DNA of 64,000 nt from Isurus oxyrinchus (Eukaryota), in contig JANJGN010000041.1 of the NCBI GenBank assembly GCA_026770705.1, positions 2,852,001 through 2,916,000 of the forward strand, written 5' to 3'. The notes below the pieces were generated by a model. That model was not told the DNA's origin. It ran no database searches and saw only the letters and a list, made by a program, of their open reading frames with translations. Numbering within the stretch: the stretch's first letter is position 1; the number at the start of each line of letters is the position of its first letter. Of the stretch, positions 25,861 to 38,289 are shown one piece after another. Made by a program: the position numbers and the translations under genes.

Positions 25861-27339
25861 GAAAGAGGAAAGAAGAAGAGATTCTTTTTTTAGTGCCAGT
25901 GGGATCAGTTCTGTAAAGCAGGCACATTTCATGCTACATGGTTTGAACTGGGGTCCACTGTCATCTGTCGTGATAGGTGTTTAGGCGGTGACGGTGCGGC
26001 ATGGGAATAGGGACACATGTACAAGCTAATTCGCTTTGCTGTGAGGCGGGCTTCATGACCCTCTGCTGTAGCCGATGTGAAAGCTTGAACTTAAGTGCCA
26101 GCTGAGAACTCATTTAGACTCAAGTTCCATCTTGGTTAAAGGGATTTTTCCATATCCTCAAAATGACATCATCTAAAAATAGCGAGTGTTTGTGCTGCTG
26201 GGCGATATCGGACGCCTTGTAGAATTTTAATAGATGATATTAGTGGAGACTGGGTAAATCCACATTAACTAAAATTCTATTTATTGCTGTTTATTTAAAG
26301 TGCCCTGATCTGAAGTGATGGGTTTGTATTTGGAGATGGTTTTAATGTTTATGGGAGAAAATTAGGGTGATGGTGTTCAGCGTACATCAGATAGCTGTTA
26401 GTTGAATGGATGGAAATGCTCGAAGTGCGAAATAGATACCAAGTGTTCTAAACCATATCGATATAAGGTAGCTCCTGTGAAATATGCTCACCTTCATTAT
26501 GTTCACTTGCAATAAAGACTATCTGTGCTCCAGTTATCTCATGTGTGTCTCTGAGGTGCTCAAGAGAGAATGTGGAAATCTTTGTTCTTGGTACTTGGAT
26601 TTCTGGTGCTCTACCAGCACAGATGCTGTTTATTAGAACTGAGCAGGTATTATGTATTTACTAATAGCATGCACGCAATGAAGATTGTCTCCACTTTGAG
26701 CATGATAAAGACGGAGTCACCTAAGCTAGTTACTTGCTAATCAACAGAGAGACCAATCTGTGTAATGATTGAACAGGTGAAAGTTTAAAATAATTGTTAA
26801 CGACTTATAATTTCAGAGCCAATCTGCAGAGAAGAGGGCCATTTAGCCCATTAAGCACCTCCTGGATCTTTGAAATTGCTGCTCAATTCTCCCCACTCGA
26901 TCTCTCCACTTTCCCCATTGCTCTGCCATTGTTCCTTTTTTAGTTCAATTACCTCCACACCCCTCATTTGTGATTCAACATTGCACCTTCCTCCATTACC
27001 CTTTCAGGAATCCCCTTACATGTCACATGGACAGATTGTGTATAGATAATTTTTCCGCAGCTCCCATCTGGTTATCTGCTTATTACCTTCAATCTGTTTC
27101 ACCCGAGCTTCCAAAATCCCACACTGATTGCCACTATTGAAAGAAATGTGTATTTCTCCCTTGGGGCAGATATCGTTCATTTGACCAGCATCAGCAGAAC
27201 AGATTACCTGATTATTAACTGGCTGATGAATTTTCTTGCTTGAAGGATTAACGACAGCAACTCATTCTATCTTCAGAGCTCAGGGGCAGCCCAAGGACTG
27301 GAATGGTCCACAGGAATTTACCGAGTTCACATGTTCATT

Positions 27340-27660
27340 TTCTGCATTTTGCGTCATCTCTGTCTCTCTTTCTATTTCTCATCTCTTTCTGTCGTTATCC
27401 TTCGTTCTCCGTATGCCCTCTAGCTCAGCCTCTCCTCCTTTCTGCTCCTCTCTCTCTCACATTCTCGCTCTGCATCTTCCTCGCTACGCTCTCTCCCTCT
27501 CTCTTCACTCACTCTCTATTTCTCTTTCATTTGATGATTCTATTTTGCTCTGTCTCGCTCCTTATATGTTCCACCGTGTTTTTTTTTCTTTCTCGTTGCT
27601 CCATCTTATTCTCCAGCTTCCTTTCAAGCTGTATCTCTGTCTCTCTCTGTCCCTATATTA
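27340..27660. repeat. CT-rich low-complexity tract
   Basis: Degenerate (CT)n. It explains the Ser/Leu-rich ORFs at 27236-27691. Confidence 0.8.
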
Positions 27661-27806
27661 TCACCTGGACCGGATAGGTAAATATTTGTAATTTTAACAC
27701 GTTTTCTGTTTGTTAAATATTTGCCTCGAAACGGGACTGAGCTGTCATAAGTCGGTCTCCTCCCTGGCACCGTTCAACAAGGTCCGTGGAATGAGCTGCT
27801 CCTGAA

Positions 27807-27830
27807 TATAAAGCAGCAGCTCACTCACTC
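27807..27830 (+). promoter_or_regulatory. Orphan TATA-box-like element
   Basis: TATAAA at 27807-27812 followed by GCAGCAGCTCACTCACTC. A short ATG frame starts about 50 bp downstream, with a possible AG|GTGAAT donor. Confidence 0.3.
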
Positions 27831-28484
27831 TCTGAGGGGGCAAAGCACAAACTACCAATGCTAACTATCATTTTCAATCATTTTAATTTTTCAATTACAT
27901 ATGGACGTTCTCTGAGCCGAATAAATATAAGCAGGTGAATATACGAACTCAAATATTTGATAATTAGAACGAGGCTATGAACGTTTTGTCATTCAGGGGA
28001 CGTGAGTGTCGCTGCATCTGCCATCAGATTTTATTGTCAAGCACTATATACCATTGAGAGTCTGTTGGTCAGCCTCCTTCCTGACCACTGCAGTCCATAT
28101 TATTTATGTACAACGGACGTGCTGTTCAGGAATGTGTATTCAAGGGCCTGGAAGATGTCCCTGGTGTTCAGCATCAGAAACTGTTTTATTCATCGTGTCC
28201 CATTCTCTGTAGCTAGGCCCAGTGAGTTATTCACAATTTTATGAGTTCACGCAGAGATTCAGCCTCCTCCACCCCTCTAGTCCCTATGTACATTTCCCTC
28301 CACCAGCACACCGTCCTGAAATACCCCAATTTCCTTCCGCACACCGGTGCCTCATGTACTTCCGAAACTGTTCCCCATTTCCTTTCCAACCTGCACCGCT
28401 TTTCATTTCCTCTAACCAGACCCTCGACCGAAATGTTCTCTCACTGCTTCAGGTTAAATGGGCTAGTTGGACCGAATGGCCTGT

Positions 28485-29068
28485 TGTGACGAAATCACTA
28501 CGAATTTCCCTATTACAAAGTACTCCAGTGGTGGGCATTGGCTGGAGACGAAAGTCAACTCATTTTTACAGGAGAGGGTAAAAATGTTGAAGTTGTCCAA
28601 AATGCACTGTGTCTACAATTCTTTGCATGTTGACCAGCTGAGCTTTGGTTACCATGGATATTTGGAGCACTTTGCCAATTTGTTTAATACTTGCTTGTAA
28701 CACGGATCTGACCAGGTTAGGCAGTTGCCATCCTGCCTGCCTGTATTGAACAAGGTGTGACGATCTGGAATTAATGACAAACCCCAGGATGGGATCCAGC
28801 TGCTCACTCCCAGTGTGTGTTGTCAATACACAGACCGCCCACTCTTGAGTCTCCTAATTTTGCTTTTTGCAATCGATACACACGGCGGGCTGGTGCTATG
28901 CTAACTTTGACCAATGGACGACAGGCGGCTCAGGTACCGGTCACGATCATTTATTCCAATAATTGCGAGGACAGAAGCATCTCTAGGCATCATGCACTAA
29001 CATGCAGTCAAACTGCAATCATGCAGCGTATTTTATACATTGCTGATCCCGTACAAGAAGAATATTCA
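28485..29068 (-). mobile_element. Probable 3' LTR of the env-bearing retroelement
   Basis: The minus-strand polypurine tract AAGAAGGGGA (29080-29071) is followed 2 nt later by TG (29068). Candidate ...ACA ends lie at 28696 or 28485; the end point is uncertain. Confidence 0.4.
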
Positions 29069-29597
29069 AATCCCCTTCTTGTCAGAATATATGTTATGTC
29101 ATACATGCTCTTTGACACCGGCAGACAACTCACCCCTATCCTGGCTGGGACCAACTTTAGTTTCCTTTTCGGTTGAAAGGATCACTTCATCTATGTTGTT
29201 GTCAGCCTCTGCCTCCAATCAGGATCCCAAAGCCTTACTGTTTTTTGCAGGCTCTAAGACTTTGCAATATTCATCTGGTAACTTTAACTGTTAATGTGCT
29301 AGATAGCACCGGATGCATGACGTATTCAAATAATCATTCACTTTCAATACATTCTTCCTGCATGACCCCTAAGAATCACCAATACTGGGTCGTTGCCTAG
29401 CCCGGATTCGACAAATACATTTGTACTGTCCGTCCCTTTATGTACCAACACACATTGATACTGGCCACTAATACAGCTTTGCATTAAAAATTTTGATGGT
29501 CAGGTCGGCTGTATCATCTGGTCCTTCACTTGAGGTCTCAGATTTGTTAAACTTCTTCTCCCCCTTTTACATGCCTCCAGCTCCTCTTCTGTGACCC

Positions 29598-30840
29598 TCA
29601 GTCACGATGAATCAGGTAGGTAAAATATATAATAGTTATCAGCTGAATCAGAACCAGTGCATGGGAAATAATCCAAATACACGGGTGCATTTGTACATTG
29701 GAGCCTCAATTCCACCGTTACGGTGAGGAGGAATCTACTTGCTCGATATCCTCTTTTGACACTCTAACCTGTTTACAGTAAGTTCAATACATCTGCAGAG
29801 CTTGTCTCCGAATCGGGGTTAGGTGCTCTGGCAGTTAATATATTATCATATGAGAACTGATTCAAATACCGTACCGGGTTATCGTTATGGCTTTCCATGA
29901 CCTGGGTATTAGTCCATCCTCTCTTGTATATTTAGAGCAGTTGTACATTTCCCAGGCTTGCCGGCACCTGCGGGTGTAGGGACAACAATTGATTATGGAT
30001 GGATCACATCAAGTTACCCCAATACTGGATCATTTGCTGCCACGCAGTGATACAATAACTCCTATTCCCCATGTATGCAACATGGGTCGGTTTTTTTGCA
30101 GCCCATGCAGTTTCCATTATACAATTTGCTGCTGCTTTGAATTCACACTTTGTTTCTTCCATCTCATATATTGCATGAGTACATACAAATGCTGTGCTCT
30201 CGAAACCGCGCCCTTCTAATATTGTGCTAACTATATTCCCTTGTATGTCAACTGCTTATGGCAGAATGTCATGTTGCCTAACATAATAGTTTTCCCACAT
30301 CACCCCAACATGTTCGGCTCAATACAATGTTCTGCTGGGTGTTGACGTAGGTATAACAGGTATCACTAAGTCAATGCCAATTAGCATGTTACAATTCACA
30401 ATGCATTCAACATTCTTTCTACATACACGTGTTAAACCTCTGAGCTGGCACGCAGCCAAGTCATGATTTCTATGTCGTGGATGGTTAAATAAAAGTTCAT
30501 TGGTTGCCCATGAAGCAACTCCATCTTCATTAATCTCTTAAATTCAGTCGGGCTTGTTCCAGTGTACAGGGTCCATTGGTCCTGCAGACATAACTACTGT
30601 TTGCTTAACCTGAAATATGTTTTCCTTTACTGTTAAATTTATTGATAGACCACGCATGACCTTCGAGCAAGTTAGCCATGTTATGAATTAACTGTTTCAT
30701 GTCATGGCCTGTATTAAATTGGATGTCGTGAAATCCATGTCCCCGCTTAAAATTTCCTTTAGCTGGGAGATCAAGGATTGGACAATTTTGTCAACAGTTT
30801 ACAGGTCAGTGGACTTAACACAGAAGCTTCCCCACTGAAG
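29598..30840 (-). pseudogene. env: Decayed retroviral envelope gene, paramyxovirus-F-like (lokiretrovirus-type) fusion glycoprotein
   Basis: The minus strand gives a fusion-peptide end and heptad region (V(K)STDL*TVDKIVQSLISQLKEIL...LLEGHAWSINK...C...TLEQARLNL). A 255-codon frame (30537-29773, 4 internal stops) follows: EINEDGVASWATNELL...CQLRGL..VC...C...LIGIDLVIPVI...LY*AEHVGV...P*AVDIQGNIVSTILEG.GFESTAFVCTHAIYEMEETKCEF..ANCIME...VAYMGNRSYCIT. A C-terminal TM segment RWN*GSNVQMHPCIWIISHALVLIQLITIIYFTYLIHRD* ends at 29598. Confidence 0.75.
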
Positions 30841-30844
30841 CATT

Positions 30845-32150
30845 CTGAAGTTTCTATCCATTTGAGTAATAAGGCGGTATTATTCTTCCAACCAAAATGC
30901 ATAAACTCACTATTCTCCATATTAAACAACATCTAGCAAATGTTGTCCCATTCACCTTACTTGTCCATATCCATTTGTAAATATCTTATATCTTCATTAC
31001 AACTTATTCCCCACCTATTTTGGAATTATCTGTAATTTTAGCTATTGTACATTCTATCCCTCAACCAAAGTCATTCATAACGATTATGAATAGTGGGGCC
31101 CTAGGACCGAACCCATTGGAAACCCAATAATTACAGCTGGTGTTCGGGAAAAAAAGAACCATTTACCCAAACTCCTTTCTTTCTGTTGTTTAGCCAATCC
31201 TCTCTCCAAGCTAATATAATACCCATGACTCCATGTGATGTACCTTGTGAATTAATCTTTTGTGCAGCTTCTTTTCAAAGGCCTTCTGCAGTGCAGAAAT
31301 ACAACATCCACAGTATCTCCATTATCCACTTTGTTTGTCACATGTTCCAAAAACTGTAGCAAATTACCCAAACACGAGTTAATTTCATAAAAAAATGCTG
31401 ACTCTGTTGGACTTTATTTCGACGTTCCAAATGCCCCGTTAGTAATTCCTTAATAACTGTTTCCAACAATTTCTAAACGATAGATATTAAACTGGTTTAG
31501 AGTTTCCTAATTTCTGCCTCCCCCAATCCTTCTGAATAAGGTCATTATATTAATATTGTTCCAATCCAGGGAATTTTGGAACGTAATTACCAATGCATTC
31601 ACTATTTCTGCTGCCACATCCTTTACGACCATTGGATTTAGGTCAACAGGTCCTGGGGACTTGTCACCCTTTAATCCAAAATGTTTGCTCAGTACGTTTT
31701 CTCTAGTTATGGTCATTCTTCTAGGTTCCTCCATCTCTATACTCTCTGCTCTGCCTGTTACGATTGGTGTGGCAGTAGTTTCCTCCGCCGTGAAAATTGA
31801 GGCAATATATTGAGACTAAACATATAGTGCCTTTTCTATGTTCCCCACTGTTAACTCTCCAGTCCTACCATCCAACTGACCAACATTCGCGTTTGCTACA
31901 CTATTTATTTTTATATACTTTTGGAAGAATTTGATATCACTTTTTTTTATTTTGCGCTAGTTTACTTTCATAATTTTCCTTTGTTATTTTTATTAACTCT
32001 TTGTTCGTCTTTATAATGTTCCAAATCTTCCTGCTTGTCACTGACCTTTTCCACTTGGGATGTCTTAATTTTGGATTTTGTGTTGCCTTTAACTTCCTTG
32101 CTTAGCCCTGAAAGATTTTTTTCCCACTCTTACCATCATTCTTCCTCATT
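30845..32150 (-). mobile_element. Degraded CR1 LINE (RT region) abutting the env 5' end
   Basis: Minus ORF 31507-31734 reads ITRENVLSKHFGLKGDKSPGPVDLNPMVVKDVAAEIVNALVITFQNSLD. Confidence 0.85.
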
Positions 32151-32659
32151 GGAACGATTGTTCTCTTTATTTTTGCGATTTGGCCAAGGCATTTTTGATA
32201 ATGGTATTTGCACACATTTTTGTGACTGAATGTGCTGTACAGGTTGGTTATTGTTTTACATAATTAGTCTGATCGTTTTAAACCGAGTAGGGATGAAATG
32301 TACCCTTGGCTCCTGCTATGCTGAATCAGTTTTGATTTGTTTTCCCCAATGTTTTTCTCTTCCCGGTAAATTAGTGATGCTTTTGTTCCTGACACGAAGA
32401 AATTGTTATCCCTCAAATTGTATTATTTGCTACCAGAATTGAATGGCAGATACCGAATTCCTGGACGTCATATATGTTCCGAAATTAAGGGGAATTTGTC
32501 AGGCGAAATTCCCAGATTTATTTGTGTGCAATATTGGCATTCATTGTGTTTCTCTCTTTCTGTTTAAATAACAATCACATTTTTTTGCATCACGGTCGCA
32601 TTTATCAATGATCCGTCAGCGGATATTTATTGCAAGAAGCATTTCTACCCTTCATGATC

Positions 32660-32950
32660 TTATCTTTCTATCCATCTATCCATCCACTCATCTATCTATC
32701 TATCCATTTATCTATCTATCTATGTATTTATCTATCTATCTATCTTCTCCATATCTATCAACCTATCAATACATTTCACTCTCATACTCTCTTGCTCTTT
32801 CATTCACACGCTCCATTTCCTGCTCGTTCTGTCTCGCTCTCTCTCTCTCTCCCGCGTACAACTCTCTTTTCTAATCAGTGTATCCAGTTGGATATCTGTC
32901 TATCTGTGCATCTATATGTCTGCCTATCTGTCTGTCGGTCTGCCTGTCTA
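32660..32950. repeat. Compound microsatellite (TATC)n/(CT)n/(TGTC)n
   Basis: Directly visible tetranucleotide and dinucleotide runs. Confidence 0.85.
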
Positions 32951-33399
32951 ACTATCATGATGATTGATTCTCCCGGCACTTCACCATGTGAGTACGTGGC
33001 AAAAAAAAAGTGGCAGTCTATTATCACTTGTGACATTAGATCAAGTCTATATTTGCACAATCGATTGCCAAATGCTGCATACAATGCCCGTTCAGGTGGA
33101 ATTAATTAACTTTGCCCTCTCTTCCTTGTCTTTAGGTCGCTTGACTCAGTTCTCCACAAATGCCTAAATCATTGGATGATTCCTCTATTTGGTTGTGCCA
33201 AAGGTTTTCTTATTTCGTTCAGAATCATGTTTTCAAATATATCCTTTCCTGTGGCGGGGATGTTGTTAGATGGACCACAAGTTATTGCCAGATCCAAATT
33301 GCCCTTGAAAAGGCGGAGGTGCCCTACATTCCAGAAATTGTATATTTCATCTGATTGACGTCAGTGGCATTCCCTCAGTACCTAGAAAAAAGTTCGTCA

Positions 33400-34990
33400 G
33401 GCTCAGTGTGAATTCAGATGACTGAGGAGTCCCATTCTGGAGCTACATGTTCTTGATAAAGACGGGCACGTTTTTTTATGCTGAAGAGTTGAAATCAAAG
33501 GCCAAGGTTGGTTCACTTCTCCATGCTGTGCCTTGGCCGTTCCACCACTCTTGAGCCGCTGAGACTCGAAGCGGTTTTCGATTTGATGCACTGGATGATT
33601 CAGGCCGAGTGATCAGCAGCATTCTCCTCCCGCCCCCTGGTTTTAAGACATCCGTGCATTAGGAAAAAACTGGAGATTATACAAACAACGTTCTCTTTGA
33701 CCGCCCTTTGGACAAGGACTGCTAAGTGGTAGATGCAAGTATGGAAACACAACCCTTTCCTGAAACATGTGCCCTACAACCGCCAGATGTCTGCTGCATT
33801 TGTACAGGATTTTGGCTGGGTGCCTATAGGCATCAGAGCCTTGCCAAGTCACCAATCCTCCATGCCTACAGGGCTTTTCACCTGAAGCATGGTTGTAAAC
33901 CCATATGTTAGTACCAGGATTCCGGTGTGCCGTGTCTATGCTTCAAACGATGCAGGCACACCGGGATGCTTTTAGCAATGTAGTGTCAGGGTCCCATGTA
34001 CTGGGATCCAACTTGCAATCTCTGAGCTTAGTTTTCAGATTTCAGACATCCTCTAGTGGAGCTTCCTGTGCTCACCGAGTGTGGCGTGTTTCTACGTACG
34101 CATTTTCCAGATGAACAGCATGACCTAGCCAGGGAACCGGGGCTCTAACGAACATACTTTTGATATCATGCTTGCTGCACTTTGCAAGTTCATTGGTTTT
34201 GCGGATTTTCTCCTGCCAGGAACCGTTGGAAATTCTTCACAGACAGTGATGTTTGAAAGTTTTCATTAGCTTTCTATGTGGCCGAAAGGTTATGCAAGTC
34301 TCGCAATAATATAGAAGTGATATAATAAAAACTGCCTGGAAGGGCTTGATCTTCCATCTGAGGGAAGATTCCATGTTCTCTTTGCCGAAGTCAGTGAGTG
34401 AATGCTGTCAAGTGCCGAGCTTGTTTTTGTCAGTTGGTGTGTAATTTGCCCATCCAGTTAGTGGCCTTGGAGTCCATGTGGCCAAGTGAGAAAAACGTGC
34501 TTAATGAACAAAGTGGTGCATTGCTCAAAGCGGCTGTGGTATCTTGGAGCACGTGACCAGCAACGGTTTAATGCAGCATCTCTATCCTTAGTTATATTGT
34601 CAAACGAAAACATTCTGTGTTTCCCGCAACGCCCTGAGCACACAGCTGAATGTCTCTGGATACTGACGTATGAGAGCGCATTTTTCCACGAATACGACTT
34701 CCCTCTGTAGCTGCCCAGCAGCCTCTGTGCAAGGTTTTATTCTTGGCTCATTCAAAAGGCTGCCGGTGGTCCTGAAATGAATCGATGATACTTTGTCAAG
34801 TTGTTTGAGTCCATGCTTGGACAAAGACCTACAAATATATGACAAACAGAGCTGGTGATATTAAACAGCATTATTTGGCACTGCAAGTGATATGCAAAGG
34901 GTTCACACAGACCAAACAGTTTGTATCCCTCTGATCATGACGCCTTCATCATAGAGCGAATGACACTGACCATCTGTTCAGTGCTGTCGC
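33400..34990 (-). mobile_element. Degraded RTE-clade LINE, RT and C-terminal region
   Basis: Minus frames read SIHFRTTGSLLNEPRIK...EVVFVEKCAL (RTE YRTDG.LFN...ELL.ADDCAL), then FQAVLLYHFY..CET...FKHHCL..I...WQ...WLGHAV, and C-terminal CPSLSRTCSSRMGLLSHLNSH. Confidence 0.8.
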
Positions 34991-36168
34991 ATATTCCTGG
35001 CTGTATTGGATAGTTTATTGAACAAGAAGGGAGTCTAGGTTGTGTTTTGTGAGGGAGTTGGACGAGGGGGCGGATATACGGCGCTGGTTGGGGAAGAACA
35101 GGCAGGAGAGCGGGTCTGAGGACACAATCAGAAAAAACATAATCTTTCCGAATTACTGGACAGGCTCAAGGGGCTAAATGACCTACTGAACTTTACTATT
35201 CTGTTTTTGGTGTTTGGTTGAAATGCAGCCCACACCAAAGGTGGAGGAGCCATCGATTTTGGTTCATTGTAATCAGTGTATCTATCTTCTAATGATTGTC
35301 TTCAGACTAGATTTGAGGGCCAAGACTAAAATGTTCAGCGCGGAATGCCGTCCCAGCGATGCACTCTACATATCCGATTGTTTTATTCAAGTAATTGTTT
35401 TTCATTCAGTTGAATCATCACTCTGGTTGGACTATGTGAGTGGGTGAGCAGGAGGATTGGATGACTCGGTGAATTGTTACTGGGGCTGTATAGGGTCGGA
35501 ATGCCTTGAAAGCATTATGTTGAAATATTTTGTTTGAGAAAACAAAGGCCTTCTTCATACAGTATTTATTGAACATCAAGTCACCACCAACACCAACCTT
35601 CCAGGTTGAACGTTTGCGGTTATAATTTCCAGGCAGAATGGTGCAAAGTTATGTGCAATGGAAAAGAATTTCGGTCAAGTCACTGACGGAAGTGTCAGTG
35701 CTAGAGGAATCCATGGAAAGATCTGGGAAGCGTATGAGTTCCCTCTGGAAGTTTAAATGTCACAGACAAACATCACACATGTGCCCTGCTGGAAGATAAA
35801 ATTTGTCCCGAAAAACATGACAGTGGTGAACATTTGAAATTTCCCACACTACCTCTCCTGACAGTTGAGGCCGATTGAGTTTCCTCGAATCATTTTGAGC
35901 TACATTAGTAAAGATTAGATTTCCAATATCCCTCCGTGGGTCAAGCATTTCCCACCGTGATTATCCACTATGGGATCTACCAGCTGCTCGTTAAAATATA
36001 GCCCCTTCAATTGTATTGACCACAAACATCATTCGAATGTTCGATGTTTCATTTCGAAACGGTTCCTTTTTGAAACAGAGCGACTGACGTAACCTGTTTG
36101 TTCAGTGACTAAAACTAATTGATTTCTTTAGGGGACATGAATGCTCTAATGGGGATTGATCTGCTGCT

Positions 36169-36234
36169 TATATAACAGTTTCGCTGAATGTCAAGTTTCA
36201 TGTTTTGCAACAGGCTCGGTGTATCGGTTTCAAC
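36169..36234 (+). promoter_or_regulatory. Candidate TATA box and short non-coding first exon of the second GPCR gene
   Basis: TATATAA at 36169-36175, a CA about 30 nt downstream (36199-36200), and a strong donor AAC|GTGAGT at 36235. A matching acceptor (polypyrimidine...CTGTAG|) lies at 36899, just before the ATG exon. TGACGTAA (CRE-like) is near 36085. Confidence 0.45.
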
Positions 36235-36379
36235 GTGAGTTAGCTCCTCTTACAGTGAATATAATTTGTTGTAGTTCATAAGATACGATCCATTTTCAAA
36301 CCCATACTCGAAGCTGTCATTTTCCGATGTACGTTTATGAACATTCTCTCGGATTAACAATATCAATTTCTGTCCTTCT

Positions 36380-36680
36380 TTCGATTCATAGATGAGGGAA
36401 ATGCAGGCATGGCGAGCATTTATTGCCCATCTTTAATTCAACTTGTGAAGTGGGTGGTGAGCTGCTGCAATCTTTGTGGTGTAGTTACATCCACAGTATT
36501 ATTAGGGGGGAATCCATTAATTTGACAAAGAGACAATGAAGGAACGGCGATATTTTCCCGAATCAGGATGATGAGTGGCTTGGAGAGGAACATTCAGCGA
36601 CAGGCGTCCGCATGACCATGCTGACTTTGACTTTCTAAATGGTAGCGGCCATGGGTTTGATTAGTTAACTAAAGGGGTTC
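36380..36680 (-). mobile_element. LINE 3' fragment (same family as 21575-22950)
   Basis: GCATTTATTGCCCATC...GGTGGTGAGCTGC...ATGAAGGAACGGCGATAT is shared with the 21.6 kb copy. Confidence 0.7.
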
Positions 36681-36920
36681 ATATTGAGTAAAGGTAACAG
36701 CTGTTCTCTGTCCCCTGCCAGGAATGATGTCATTCTAGTTTTTCCCTGATGCTCTAGAATAATTAATGTGACATCTCCTTCCGAAGCTCCTAGTTTTTAA
36801 AGTGTTTCTCCTGTTTTCCTGAGATAAAACTTAAAGAAGAAGAGGATTTTTACGTTTCAGCTCACACGTTTATTTCTTCTTGTGCACCCATCTCTGTAGG
36901 AAAGACATCTCCTTAAAAAG

Positions 36921-36990
36921 ATGGGTGAACTGATACTTCACCAGCTAGAAGCCATTTATTATCCTGTTCTCGCGGCTATTGGGGTTCCTG
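36921..36990 (+). CDS. GPR139/142-like GPCR gene 2, first coding exon
   Basis: ATG at 36921 (AAGATGG, good Kozak context) encodes MGELILHQLEAIYYPVLAAIGVP plus one G, followed by donor GTAAGA at 36991. The phase-1 join to 45280 gives GVP-V-NLVAIVIL and restores the TM1 GxPxN motif. Confidence 0.9.
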
Positions 36991-38289
36991 GTAAGAGCTT
37001 TAATGCAATCATTACCCGTATAAATGCATGTTGACGTTCTTCTCAAGTGCTGTTTCTGATAACATGGAATCGTTTCTTTACAGTTGGGGACACATGAATG
37101 CAGGGATGTAAGTTTAAACATAACTTTAAAAGATTTCTTACTGTTGCTGTATCTTTCACTCAGGCGTCTCCACTGCCAACACCTTATTCATGGAATGTCT
37201 TGTAACAGAGTGGGCTCTGCAATAGATATCATAATCAAGTGCAAACCGAGTTTGAACTAGTAGAAAACCCAATCTGTGAAAATCTGTGCAGAGGCAATTT
37301 ATCATTCTGTAAGTTCCTGCTGGAAATACTTGAATGCTTTGCTAATGCTATTCATCCATTTCCCAATAGTTAAAGGAACAGGAACACTGTCAACTCGCAT
37401 ACTTACTGCCACAGCGATACGTTTACGAATCTGGATGCAGAGAGGATATCTGGAAGTCTGGGTGAAACAGATTCCGTTTGTGCAGAAGACATTTGAATGT
37501 TTTAGTAACCTGTCTATTGAAATGCATGTATTTCTAGAACCTCCTTTATCGAACTTAATGAATGTATATGAAGTGCAGTCAACGAAGTGATGCAAAAGGT
37601 GACAGGCAATTTCTGGTGGAGAGGCTTCTACAGGCAGCAAGTTTACAATGAGCTGATTATCCGTTTTGTGGGCTTTGGCCGAGGTTCAAATAGTGCTCAG
37701 GACACAAGGGGCTACGACAATGTTGTTCTTCGAAATAGGGGCATGGAAACTTTGAAAATAACTGCGAATCGATTAGTCATGTGTTACGAAAGTTATTATA
37801 ACCCATAGTGCAGAACTACTTCACTACAGCAATGGAGCATTAGCAGGGAATTTTCAGTGAGGGTGCTAACTGAGATATTCGTAGTCAGATTTTGGAAACC
37901 CTATGCACCCTGAGTAGTAATCTGGTTATCATTAATATGCTCATTTCAATTTCTAGCCCTCCACTTCCTGTTGTTGAAAACCCTGCTTCCAAATCTAACT
38001 GATTTACATTGAGGATAAGTGTAAATTGATATTAAGCATTGCCGGAATCCCCTGTGGCTTTGGCAAACGCACATTGCCATGTTACATGGTGTCGCTGACA
38101 GAGGGACATTGCAGCATAGGAAATACGAGTAAGAGTTGACCATTTGGCCGCACGACGGTGCTCCACTACTCAATTATATCATCGCTTAAATTATGCCTCC
38201 ACGACATTCCTCGCACTATCTCATATCTTTGGACGCATTTACTAATGCGAAATCAGTTCATTGACACATTCAACATACTCAATGACTGC

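Noticed and set aside
27236-27691. 151-aa and 124-aa hydrophobic ORFs
   Set aside because: They are translations of a CT-rich low-complexity tract.
32608-33109. 159-aa and 88-aa ORFs with IYLS repeats
   Set aside because: They are translations of TATC/TGTC microsatellites.
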